This document shows, piece after piece, positions 25,442 through 34,363 of a stretch of DNA of 64,000 bases. A program made the translations under genes and the position numbers. The first letter of the stretch is position 1; each line of letters begins with the position of its first letter. The notes under the pieces are model-generated. The model did not search any database and was not told the DNA's origin. It saw only the letters and a program-made list of their open reading frames with translations. The DNA comes from a virus. The DNA lies in IMG/VR virus record IMGVR_UViG_3300032286_000926, positions 1 through 64,000 of that record. One strand, given 5' to 3'.

Positions 25442-26176
25442 TTATGCGAAAAAATTTTGAATTCCTTCTACCATAATTTTTTCTTGATACCCACACTTAT
25501 TACATTTAAAATCCAATTCTTTTTTTATTGATGGACATGTTTCAAAAAATTCTTGTACTTTTTCAAATTGTTTTTGTGTTAAGTTTTCAATGAATTCTAT
25601 TAATTCAGATTCTTCAATGTCTTTTCTATAATAAATTGTATCTTCATCATAAATGTAATCAATACAGTTGGAAATAATACCTAAAATTTGTTCCACATCA
25701 TTGGTTGTTTTAACCTTATCAATAATAGAAAAATTTGGATATTTCATAACAATACCTAATTTTTTAGTTAATTCAATTTTGTTAGTATGTTTCTCATTAA
25801 AGGTTGGTTCAATTTCTAGAACATTTACTTTAATTTTAACGTTGTTACCACATTGGACCTCTTGGCCTTCTTCATCTTCAACTTTGTTATTACAAGTATA
25901 TTTCAAGTCAACAATTTCACCTACCGAACGAGCTCTTAAATGTAAAAAGAAATACTCCAAATCGGTTACAGGTAATGAATTAGTATCAACATCATCTAAA
26001 CAACAATTATTAATAATCTGTTTAATGGTGTCCATGATTGTTGTTTCATCATCCGACTCCATAGCAATTAAAAGCAATTTCTCTTCTTTAACCAAAAATG
26101 GTCGATAACGAAGTTTTGTTTTTGTTAAGGGTAAATCGATTGTGAAAATCGGCACATCAAGTTTAGGTAAAGCCAT
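25442..26176 (-). CDS. gp26: Baseplate hub assembly protein gp26
   Basis: MALPK...YRPFLVKEEK.LL.A.ES, DLEY.FL.LRARSVGE, MKYP, FF..P, CxxC, G.QNFF. Confidence 0.93.
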   Translation of the reverse strand: MALPKLDVPIFTIDLPLTKTKLRYRPFLVKEEKLLLIAMESDDETTIMDTIKQIINNCCLDDVDTNSLPVTDLEYFFLHLRARSVGEIVDLKYTCNNKVEDEEGQEVQCGNNVKIKVNVLEIEPTFNEKHTNKIELTKKLGIVMKYPNFSIIDKVKTTNDVEQILGIISNCIDYIYDEDTIYYRKDIEESELIEFIENLTQKQFEKVQEFFETCPSIKKELDFKCNKCGYQEKIMVEGIQNFFA

Positions 26177-26194
26177 ATTATATCTCCATAAAAT

Positions 26195-26971
26195 TTATTG
26201 TATTCTGTTAAAAATTGTTCCCAAAGGTTTTTCCAAAGTTGCTGGAATTTTATTAAAGAAACTAGATGCCTTGACACCAAATAATGTCGCAGCTGCGGTT
26301 GCAATATCGTATTTTCCGTTGTATAGAACCTTATACTTCTGGTAAGCAAATTGTACCGTTAAACGGTGGAAGTTATCTTCAGACCATGATAATGGTTGAC
26401 TAGAAAAACCAATAGGATAAGCATCCATTAATTCAACTGCAAATATTTGTTGAACAAACTCATCATATTGAATAACTTTAATATTTGTTAAGTATCTAGA
26501 AGTTTCGCCTCTAGGAAATCTCAAATTGTTTGTATCACTTGGCATAATGGAATCAATCCATTTTTCAAATAATTTTCTTTCATAGAACTCGTTTGTACAT
26601 AAGAATGTTAAACTAGTATCGGTGTATTGTGTTTGGTATGGTACTTTAAAAGTTGGACCATAAATTTTGGCATCCATAGTCTGTAACATTTTACCTGGAA
26701 GTTCCGCACTTTCACATTGTAAGGCCAAATAACCTGACATGGATGCGTTATCACTTCTAGACTGTGGATCCGAACCGGCCGGATTATTCATTATATCTGA
26801 AATGTCAGCAATAATGTTATTCGGTAAGTTAATTAATTTTTCCAAGAAGGAACTACCAATATATTCATTAATATATTTTGGTATTGGTAAGACAACCTCA
26901 AATCTACTAGGTTTGGCAAAACCTTCTTTAGCGTTGACGTTTGAGTAAAATAATTGTGGTGAAAAGGCCAT
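26195..26971 (-). CDS. Baseplate tail-tube initiator (gp54/gp19-like)
   Basis: AKPSRFEV, CESAELPG, F.C...FYER..FEKW, L.DAYP, L.VQFAY; synteny. Confidence 0.75.
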   Translation of the reverse strand: MAFSPQLFYSNVNAKEGFAKPSRFEVVLPIPKYINEYIGSSFLEKLINLPNNIIADISDIMNNPAGSDPQSRSDNASMSGYLALQCESAELPGKMLQTMDAKIYGPTFKVPYQTQYTDTSLTFLCTNEFYERKLFEKWIDSIMPSDTNNLRFPRGETSRYLTNIKVIQYDEFVQQIFAVELMDAYPIGFSSQPLSWSEDNFHRLTVQFAYQKYKVLYNGKYDIATAAATLFGVKASSFFNKIPATLEKPLGTIFNRIQ

Positions 26972-27549
26972 TAAATTTTCTTTCTGGATTCTGCGTAAAC
27001 TTTACCTGAACTGGCACCAACAAATGATTCCATCGGTAATAATGCCGCAATATCCCATTCATCTGCGGCAATTTCTAAGAACCTAGATTCAATCTGTGAA
27101 AATAGGTACTTTTTAAGACAAGGATTGTGTTCGGATATTGACGAGGACCGTCTCAGGACATCATAACTGAGACGAAGCTTGGTCGTACTATCATATTTAC
27201 TATTATTTGCGTATTCACTCAATTTATCTAATAGAATGATTCGTTGCTTTGGGTGAAGATAATGTAAATTCAACCCTAAAAAACCGTCTTGGTATTGTTC
27301 TATCGGTAAAACCAATGGGAACCTATCGTAGTATGGCAACGTATCTTTCGTTTTCGGGTCGTAAAAGAAAAAATACATACGACCTATAATGGCACCACCC
27401 TTCAACCGTTGTCTATCAGAAAGTAATGCTTGCCGAGTAGGATTCAAGGTTTTTATTTTTGCTCTGAGCCACTCACGAGCTGCGTTTGAACGTATGTTCA
27501 ATCCCTCTTTCGCAAGAGAACTTTTGATTCGGTCTAATAGATATGCCAT
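26971..27549 (-). CDS. gp2: DNA end protector gp2
   Basis: GRMYFF.YDPK.K..LPYYDRFPLV, GLNLHYL. Confidence 0.93.
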   Translation of the reverse strand: MAYLLDRIKSSLAKEGLNIRSNAAREWLRAKIKTLNPTRQALLSDRQRLKGGAIIGRMYFFFYDPKTKDTLPYYDRFPLVLPIEQYQDGFLGLNLHYLHPKQRIILLDKLSEYANNSKYDSTTKLRLSYDVLRRSSSISEHNPCLKKYLFSQIESRFLEIAADEWDIAALLPMESFVGASSGKVYAESRKKI

Positions 27550-27647
27550 GTTCTATTTATCTCAAATAATTTAGGTAATAATTCACATTTGCCTGCTTTT
27601 TCAATCAATTTCATTATAAGTATCGGTGTTCCGTTTTTAAGAATATA

Positions 27648-28082
27648 TTAGCTAATACCTAGGTCATGTTCTGTAAGCACTTGGAAGACCCATCCTCTAT
27701 CTTTACAGAACTCTGAAGCAGCCTTCCATTTAGCTTGATTAACGATATAAGTTATCGATTCTTCTAAGTATCTTTTAGTCTTTCTCTGTTGTGTAGGTTG
27801 TTTAGTCTGATATTCAGGTTTAATTTCCCAAACATGTGTCATAACAGTACCATCCTTCTTCTTTACCTTAACAACAAAGTCTGGAAAGTAACGGTGTACC
27901 TTTTCATCAACCGGACTGAAGTATTTGATAACGAGTTCCTCTGAAGCCCAATAGATAACACTTTCACTTTCATCCAAGTATTTCATTACCCGTTGTTCCC
28001 ATGTGGACCGCCAGATGATGTTATTTGCATCACCAGCGTATTTTTTTGGGTTTTTTGGTACAAATCGTCCTTTATATGCCAT
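27648..28082 (-). CDS. gp4: Head completion nuclease gp4
   Basis: MAYKG.F.PKNP.KY.GD, RS.WE, W.SEE, HRYFPDF, EIKP, NQAKW.AA. Confidence 0.95.
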   Translation of the reverse strand: MAYKGRFVPKNPKKYAGDANNIIWRSTWEQRVMKYLDESESVIYWASEELVIKYFSPVDEKVHRYFPDFVVKVKKKDGTVMTHVWEIKPEYQTKQPTQQRKTKRYLEESITYIVNQAKWKAASEFCKDRGWVFQVLTEHDLGIS

Positions 28083-28096
28083 AAATAGTATTTATT
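28080..28096. promoter_or_regulatory. Back-to-back T4-like late promoters
   Basis: CATAAATA on + (28080-28087) and AATAAATA on - (28089-28096) in the short divergent gap between gp4 and gp48. Confidence 0.65.
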
Positions 28097-28116
28097 TAAC
28101 ATAGAAAAAGGTTAAA

Positions 28117-29211
28117 ATGTCTCTCTTCTCCTTTGCAAACATATCATTTGGTTCTAAAGACCGTAAGGTTGATGCTAGTAAGAACCTTATATCGTCCAAG
28201 GCATATAATATTTACCGTTATCCAATTGACTTAGGTTCATCGGATAAAGGTCATTATATGGTGTTTCATGTGAATGGACAATTAAAATCTCAATTAGTTG
28301 GAGATGACCAAGCTGTAAATGATAGACCTACTATAATTGAAAATAGAATAGCGTTTGGAACACCAACTGCCGGTCAAGTTGGATTTGCAGCTGCTGGTGC
28401 AACTAAAGATGAGCAGATTCGTTTTACTCGAACAATTAGACGAGTAAAAGATACAATGGCAATTTACATGCCGGATACATTAATGTTTCAACACAATCAA
28501 GGATATAGTGATATTGGTTTGACAGGCATGTTGGCAGCTGGAATTGCAACAGCAACACAAGGACAATCAATTGTTGATACTGTAAAAAATTCTAATTCTA
28601 GTGCAATGGATAAAGCCATAAAATTGGCTGGTAATTTTTCTCCAATGATTGCAACACAAATAAAAGACAATGCATTATTAAGTGCTGGATTTACTGCATT
28701 TAGTGGTTTGGTTGTTAATCCAATGTTAGAAATGATTTATACAAGTCCAAGTTTTAGAGAATTTCGGTTTGATTTTGTTTTTCATCCTCGTAGTGAAAAA
28801 GAAGCCACAGAAGTTCAAAATATTATTAATCGTTTTTATTTTCACCAAGCACCAGAAGTAATGGATAAAGGTGCAGGTTTCTTTTTAATACCTCCTTCAG
28901 AATTTGATATTTTATTTTATTATAATGGTGCAATTAATCCAAACATTCCAAAAATTTCAACTTGTGTACTTACAAATATTGATGTAAATTATGCACCAAA
29001 TGGTTTTGCTGCTTATGAAGTACAAGGTCAAATGACACCAGAACCGGGTAAAACTGGTATGCCTGTTTCCATTACTTTAAGTCTAAACTTTAAAGAGACA
29101 GAAATTATGACAAAAAATAATTTTAAAATGAAACAATCAAACGAAACATCAGAACGTCCATCTGATAATCAGTTTGGTACTTCAAGTTACGGTGAGGCTA
29201 ATAGTGGCTAG
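28117..29211 (+). CDS. gp48: Baseplate tail-tube cap gp48
   Basis: YP, IYMP, NP.LE..Y.SP.FR.F.F.F.F.PRS.KEA, P.EF.I, CVL....VNYAP.G, L.FKE.E. Confidence 0.9.
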   Translation: MSLFSFANISFGSKDRKVDASKNLISSKAYNIYRYPIDLGSSDKGHYMVFHVNGQLKSQLVGDDQAVNDRPTIIENRIAFGTPTAGQVGFAAAGATKDEQIRFTRTIRRVKDTMAIYMPDTLMFQHNQGYSDIGLTGMLAAGIATATQGQSIVDTVKNSNSSAMDKAIKLAGNFSPMIATQIKDNALLSAGFTAFSGLVVNPMLEMIYTSPSFREFRFDFVFHPRSEKEATEVQNIINRFYFHQAPEVMDKGAGFFLIPPSEFDILFYYNGAINPNIPKISTCVLTNIDVNYAPNGFAAYEVQGQMTPEPGKTGMPVSITLSLNFKETEIMTKNNFKMKQSNETSERPSDNQFGTSSYGEANSG

Positions 29212-29890
29212 ATATTTTAACAATTTCCCTAAAATTGGTTATTCTTTAGAGACCATCAATCAATATGATTATGTAACCAATATTGTTTCTCGTTTTGGTA
29301 TTGACAATAAACTAAAAGAAAACACCGCAATTTATTATGAATATAGTGTTGAAGATGGTGAAACACCAGAAATATTGGCATCAAAATATTATGATTCTCC
29401 AGAAAAACATTGGATTATTTTGGCGATGAATAATATTGTTGACCCACAATTCGATTGGCCTTTGACATATTCACAATTCAATCAATATGTTGATACCAAA
29501 TATTCGGCAAATAATTATGCTGATACCGCAAATACTGGTGTGCCTGGTTTATCATATGCACAAAAATTATATACACAAAATGATCCTTATACTCAAGCCG
29601 CATATTATAAAGTTGTTTCGCAGACTATAGGTGATACAATAACAGTTAATAAATTTAAAGTTGATGCCAATACATATGCAAATAATACACTTATGAATTT
29701 AACTGGACGAAGAGGAAACATATATGAGTTTGATGATGGTGCTATTATAACAATTAAAATAACAAAAGAAACTCAAACTTATTATGATTATGAAATGGAA
29801 ATTAATGAAAATAAAAGAAATATTAAAATGTTAAAACCCGAATATGTAAATATTCTTGAAAATGAATTACTGAATGTGTTTGAACAATGA
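29204..29890 (+). CDS. gp53: Baseplate wedge subunit gp53
   Basis: YF..FP.I.Y, DGETPE.LA.KYY, HWIIL..NNI.DP..DWP, YE...NE.KR.IK.LKP.Y; GTG start. Confidence 0.92.
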   Translation: MARYFNNFPKIGYSLETINQYDYVTNIVSRFGIDNKLKENTAIYYEYSVEDGETPEILASKYYDSPEKHWIILAMNNIVDPQFDWPLTYSQFNQYVDTKYSANNYADTANTGVPGLSYAQKLYTQNDPYTQAAYYKVVSQTIGDTITVNKFKVDANTYANNTLMNLTGRRGNIYEFDDGAIITIKITKETQTYYDYEMEINENKRNIKMLKPEYVNILENELLNVFEQ

Positions 29891-31194
29891 CAACCGAATC
29901 AAATATTAACAGTACATTACAAAGTTTTGTTAAAGAGATGGCTATTATTTTACCTAGAGGTAAACCTTTAGATTTAACTTCTTATTTTAGTGAATTAAAC
30001 TTTTATGAAAGCATGTTTACACCATGCTCTTCAGGCAATGTATTAATTACTGAAGGTAGTGGATTATTAGAAAAAATTGATTTTAAGGGTAACTATTCAA
30101 TTAGATTTAAACTTCAAAAATCTGAAGAGGATAATAATTTTTTTGAATTTTATAAAGAATTTAAAATTTACAATATTACAAATAGACAGAATGTGTCGTC
30201 AACGGCTCAAACATATTTAATACATTTTGTGAATGAAGATTTTGTGTATTCGTTACAACAAAAAATAAATCAAAATTATACCAATTCATATTCTACAATA
30301 GCTGAAAGAATATTAACAAGAAATCTAAAGGTTCCAAATTCAAGGCCATCAAGAGGCAAATCCGGTATTAATTTCATTTATCCAACAGAGGTAGGTAAAG
30401 AAGTTATTATACCTAATTTAAATCCTTTTGATTCTTTAACTTGGATTGCCAAAAGAACAACATCAACAAAATACAAAGCACCAGATTTTTTATTTTTTGA
30501 AAATAACAAAGGTTATAATTTTGTGCCAGTTTCATATTTGTGGGAAAAAGAACCACAATGGACTATAAATGTTAAACCTAAAAATATTTCAAATGATGTT
30601 GGTTCTGAATTTTTTGGTGCTCGTAGTATGAAAGTAATATCACAATTTAATATGTTAAATAGTATTAAAGAAGGTTCTTATGCTGGAACTTTTGTTGGAT
30701 TTGACACATATACCAAAACAATTTCTGTGCAAAAAATAGATAACACTTTTGATAGTAATCCAAACCATGCTAATAAAAATGCTAATTTAAGTGATACAAA
30801 ATCTAAAGATAATATTGATTTTACAAAAATGTATGATTCTAGAGTTGCAATTTATCCTTTTGCTTTACCAAGAACTACACAAGCATACATTAAAAAAAAT
30901 TCACCAAAGGCTGCAAATACTGTTGATGATCCTGAAAAATATATTTTTCAAAGAAAATCTTTTTTTGCCAATTTAATGCAAAAACGAATTCAATTAACAA
31001 TGCCAGGGTTTTTTGGATATACTTGCGGTGAAACAATAACATTAAATGTTCCAAAATTTGCAATAAAGGATGATGAAAAAAATACGGATGACACTTTGAG
31101 TGGCAAATATATAATACTAGGTGTACGACATATTATAAGATATACAACCCACGAAACCATTATTGAAGTAGCAACGGACTCGACCAAAAAATGA
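29887..31194 (+). CDS. Baseplate hub/tail protein (gp27/GpD-like)
   Basis: YES.F, IIPN..PF, FLFFEN..G.NF, LSGKY.I...RH; lies between gp53 and gp5. Confidence 0.65.
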   Translation: MTTESNINSTLQSFVKEMAIILPRGKPLDLTSYFSELNFYESMFTPCSSGNVLITEGSGLLEKIDFKGNYSIRFKLQKSEEDNNFFEFYKEFKIYNITNRQNVSSTAQTYLIHFVNEDFVYSLQQKINQNYTNSYSTIAERILTRNLKVPNSRPSRGKSGINFIYPTEVGKEVIIPNLNPFDSLTWIAKRTTSTKYKAPDFLFFENNKGYNFVPVSYLWEKEPQWTINVKPKNISNDVGSEFFGARSMKVISQFNMLNSIKEGSYAGTFVGFDTYTKTISVQKIDNTFDSNPNHANKNANLSDTKSKDNIDFTKMYDSRVAIYPFALPRTTQAYIKKNSPKAANTVDDPEKYIFQRKSFFANLMQKRIQLTMPGFFGYTCGETITLNVPKFAIKDDEKNTDDTLSGKYIILGVRHIIRYTTHETIIEVATDSTKK

Positions 31195-32279
31195 TACCTA
31201 ATGACTTTTACGGAAAAAAACCCTTTATCTGGTGGACAGGTATAGTTGAAAATACAGATGATAAATTGAATTTGGGTTCACTACAAGTTCGCATCATCGG
31301 ACTACATTCACTAGATAAAACACAAGTACCAACAGAATCTTTGCCTTGGGCTCAGGTGGCTAAACCAACTACAGGTGCAAACACCAGTTCCGGCCCAAGA
31401 CCTGGTGATTGGGTGTTTGGATTTTTTCAAGATAGTGAACAAGCACAAATACCTGTAGTGTTAGGAATATTTCCTGGTATTGAAAGTAAGCAATCGCAAA
31501 TTGTTTATCAAGAATCCGTTACTAGAGAAGGTGCTGCTAATAAACCAGTTCCTTCACAAATTGACCGAGTAGTTGGAGAACCAACCACAGTTCTTATTGC
31601 TCGTGGTGTTGTAAAAGGTACTTTGGTTGATAAAACCAATAATCAATTAGCACATGTTTGCGATATTAAACCTTTTGTTAAAGAAACTGTAATTAAAATT
31701 AGAGCTACATTTGGTTATGTTGTTGAAGCAATTAGAAAAGCCATTCGTGTTATTTTGAAAGCACTTGGATTAGATCCTAGTGGAGAAAGCTCAAAATTAA
31801 CGCAACAACTTAAATCATTGGCCGCTGAAATACGAAAGTTTAAAGACTATGTTACTGATTTTAATGATTATGTTTTAAAACTTGTTACATTGGCAAAACA
31901 AATAAGAGCCATGATTGATTACATTCTTAGTTTACCAGAAAAATTGCTTAAACTTTTGCAAGATTGTTTAGTTCAATTATATACCGCATTAGCTAGAGGA
32001 TTTGCTGATTTATTGGCACCACCAGATAATCTTTTGGGTACTAATGTTAATATGGATGAAATAAAAGCCGCCTTTAATGATGTACAATCTGCAACAAAAG
32101 AATTATATACGGCAACAATAACAACAATATCAATTCCTGGCCAAGTTGTTGGTGCTCTTTTAACTCCGTCTAGTACCGCTGATATGGAAAAAGCCGGTGC
32201 GGATTTAAATGGTTTTTTTACATCACAACCAGCTGCACCTGATATTTCAACTACAATAAATCCAAGTAAACAACCTTAA
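31191..32279 (+). CDS. gp5: gp5 N-terminal OB-fold protein
   Basis: F.WWTG.VE...D.L.LG..QVRI.G.H, LPWA, G.WVFGFF.D...AQ.P.VLG. Confidence 0.85.
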   Translation: MIPNDFYGKKPFIWWTGIVENTDDKLNLGSLQVRIIGLHSLDKTQVPTESLPWAQVAKPTTGANTSSGPRPGDWVFGFFQDSEQAQIPVVLGIFPGIESKQSQIVYQESVTREGAANKPVPSQIDRVVGEPTTVLIARGVVKGTLVDKTNNQLAHVCDIKPFVKETVIKIRATFGYVVEAIRKAIRVILKALGLDPSGESSKLTQQLKSLAAEIRKFKDYVTDFNDYVLKLVTLAKQIRAMIDYILSLPEKLLKLLQDCLVQLYTALARGFADLLAPPDNLLGTNVNMDEIKAAFNDVQSATKELYTATITTISIPGQVVGALLTPSSTADMEKAGADLNGFFTSQPAAPDISTTINPSKQP

Positions 32280-32281
32280 TT

Positions 32282-33112
32282 ATGGCAACTAAACCAATAG
32301 AAGATAGAGGATGGACAGAACCGGAATCGGCAGCTAGTGTTGAGAATCCACCAAAACCTCCTTATAATAATATAACACAAACTCCATCTGGACATATGTT
32401 TGAGATGGATGATACAAATAGTCGTGAACGTGTCAGACTACAACACCGTACAGGTACTTTTATTGAAATGCACCCAAATGGTGATGAAGTGCATAAAGTT
32501 TACGGTGACGGTTATGAAATTACAATTAAAAATAAAAATGTTTTAATTAAAGGTCATTGTAATATAACTATTGAAGGTGATTCTATTATTGATATTAAAG
32601 GTGATAAAATTGAACGAGTAGCTGGCGATTATGATTTACAAGTTAATGGTAATTATACGGTATGTGGCAAAAAATCAATCAATTTAGCTACCAATGGTAA
32701 TTTTACTTTAGGTGCCGGTTCCACAGTTGGTGGCGGAGATATTAAGATGATAACTGGTGGACATGTTTATGTTTCTGGTGATATGACTGTTGCTGGTGGT
32801 TTTGTTGCGGATTTAATAACATCAACAACCCGTGTGGATGCGTTGACTGGTGTTAGTGCTGGTCCTTTAGGATTTGTTTCTACATTAGGTGGTTTGGCAA
32901 TTGGTCTTCCTCCACTAACACCTGCTACTCCATTTCAAATTAATTGTAGCGGTCCTATTAATTCTTTAGCTTCAGTAAGCGCACCTGTGGGTACTCTTTC
33001 ATTTATGACTGCAATTCATATGACGGATATTATTAATTTAGGTATAAACAACATACATAATCATCCAACACCCAAAGGTCCATCAGGACCACCTCTAGTA
33101 CAAATGGTTTAA
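32282..33112 (+). CDS. gp5 C-terminal beta-helix spike protein
   Basis: PYN....T.SGH..E.DDT...ER....H.TGTF.E.HP.G, VxG repeats, C-terminal HNH..P.GPSGPP. Confidence 0.85.
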   Translation: MATKPIEDRGWTEPESAASVENPPKPPYNNITQTPSGHMFEMDDTNSRERVRLQHRTGTFIEMHPNGDEVHKVYGDGYEITIKNKNVLIKGHCNITIEGDSIIDIKGDKIERVAGDYDLQVNGNYTVCGKKSINLATNGNFTLGAGSTVGGGDIKMITGGHVYVSGDMTVAGGFVADLITSTTRVDALTGVSAGPLGFVSTLGGLAIGLPPLTPATPFQINCSGPINSLASVSAPVGTLSFMTAIHMTDIINLGINNIHNHPTPKGPSGPPLVQMV

Positions 33113-33123
33113 AGTGAGAAAAC

Positions 33124-33951
33124 ATGAATAGTATATTTCAACAATTAGGTTACAATTATAGTCCATCAAGTAATGAAATAATTACATTTGACCAAAGTGT
33201 TTTGAATTCAATGAATTCTGTTCCACAATTTTTAAATTCGTGGCAATATGAAGATTTGCGAAATAATGATACTGCAATATCAAATTATCTTGTAAATCCT
33301 GTATCTTCAATATCACAATTTATACATGATATTGCAGTATCTATTTTTGATGCTTGTGGAAATGTTGCTGATTTGGCAACTATATCCGCAACAGCCAATA
33401 CTGCCAATGTGGCTGCAACCAATTTTTTAGCACATACAAATAGACTTGCTGGAATAGAACCAATCAATTCCGATACCGTGTTATTGCCTCACTATGATAC
33501 TGCTATTGGAGTTGGTAAATCAATAATGTATATTGTATATCAGTCTGATGAAATACAGAATAATGCGCCAATTATGGGTTCGTTTACAAGCCTTTTTATA
33601 AAAGACGATTTAACTTTGAAATATAATGTGGTTACTGGTTATCCAGATTTGATTTCTAATAGTATAAGTGCAAATACTTATCCTGACGGTAACGGAAATA
33701 CAATTACAGAATTGTCCTCAAATTTAACACCAACACAAATTAGTACAATTGTTACCAATGTTGAAGCTCTTGGAAACACTATGAATACAAGGCGAACCCA
33801 TGATGAGAATTTCTATAACAATTCAAAAAATATATTGACTGAATTTAACCAAATAAAGAAATTTAAGAGTCCTGGCACATCAGAAACAAATATTATTAAT
33901 GATTACATTGGAACAACGAGATTGAAAAATAACTTGGCAAATGTCGCATAA
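33124..33951 (+). CDS. Hypothetical structural-region protein
   Basis: 275-aa ORF within the baseplate operon. Confidence 0.7.
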   Translation: MNSIFQQLGYNYSPSSNEIITFDQSVLNSMNSVPQFLNSWQYEDLRNNDTAISNYLVNPVSSISQFIHDIAVSIFDACGNVADLATISATANTANVAATNFLAHTNRLAGIEPINSDTVLLPHYDTAIGVGKSIMYIVYQSDEIQNNAPIMGSFTSLFIKDDLTLKYNVVTGYPDLISNSISANTYPDGNGNTITELSSNLTPTQISTIVTNVEALGNTMNTRRTHDENFYNNSKNILTEFNQIKKFKSPGTSETNIINDYIGTTRLKNNLANVA

Positions 33952-33958
33952 ATAAACA

Positions 33959-34363
33959 ATGGCAAATATAACAGTTCAAAAAACAAGACAGTATAGTGAT
34001 TTAGACTTAAATTTCACGGTACATCCAGTTAAAAAAGATATTAATATCTATAAAGACGAGATGGCAGTAATCAATGCTTTAAAAAATCTCATCTTAACTA
34101 ACCATTATGAACGACCATTCCAACCAGACCTTGGTAGTAATGTTCGTAAACTTTTATTTGAACATATGGATATTATTACAGCCGCAGCTTTAGAAAAAGA
34201 GATAGAACAAACAATTACCAACTTTGAACCAAGAGTTCAAATTTTAGATATATCCGTTGCACCAAATGACGAAAAGAACTCATATGGTGTTACTATGAGA
34301 TTCAATGTAGTCAACAGAACCGAACCAGTTACAATAAGTTTCTTATTGGAAAGAATACGATAA
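33959..34363 (+). CDS. gp25: Baseplate wedge subunit gp25
   Basis: YSDLDL.F..HP, NLILT..YERPFQP..GS...LLFE, FEPRV. Confidence 0.95.
   Translation: MANITVQKTRQYSDLDLNFTVHPVKKDINIYKDEMAVINALKNLILTNHYERPFQPDLGSNVRKLLFEHMDIITAAALEKEIEQTITNFEPRVQILDISVAPNDEKNSYGVTMRFNVVNRTEPVTISFLLERIR

Noticed and set aside
22196-26108. Antisense ORFs over gp32, the tape-measure-like gene and gp26 (e.g. 22196..22594, 24004..24390, 25668..26108)
   Set aside because: Opposite to conserved genes, with no recognisable motifs or RBS
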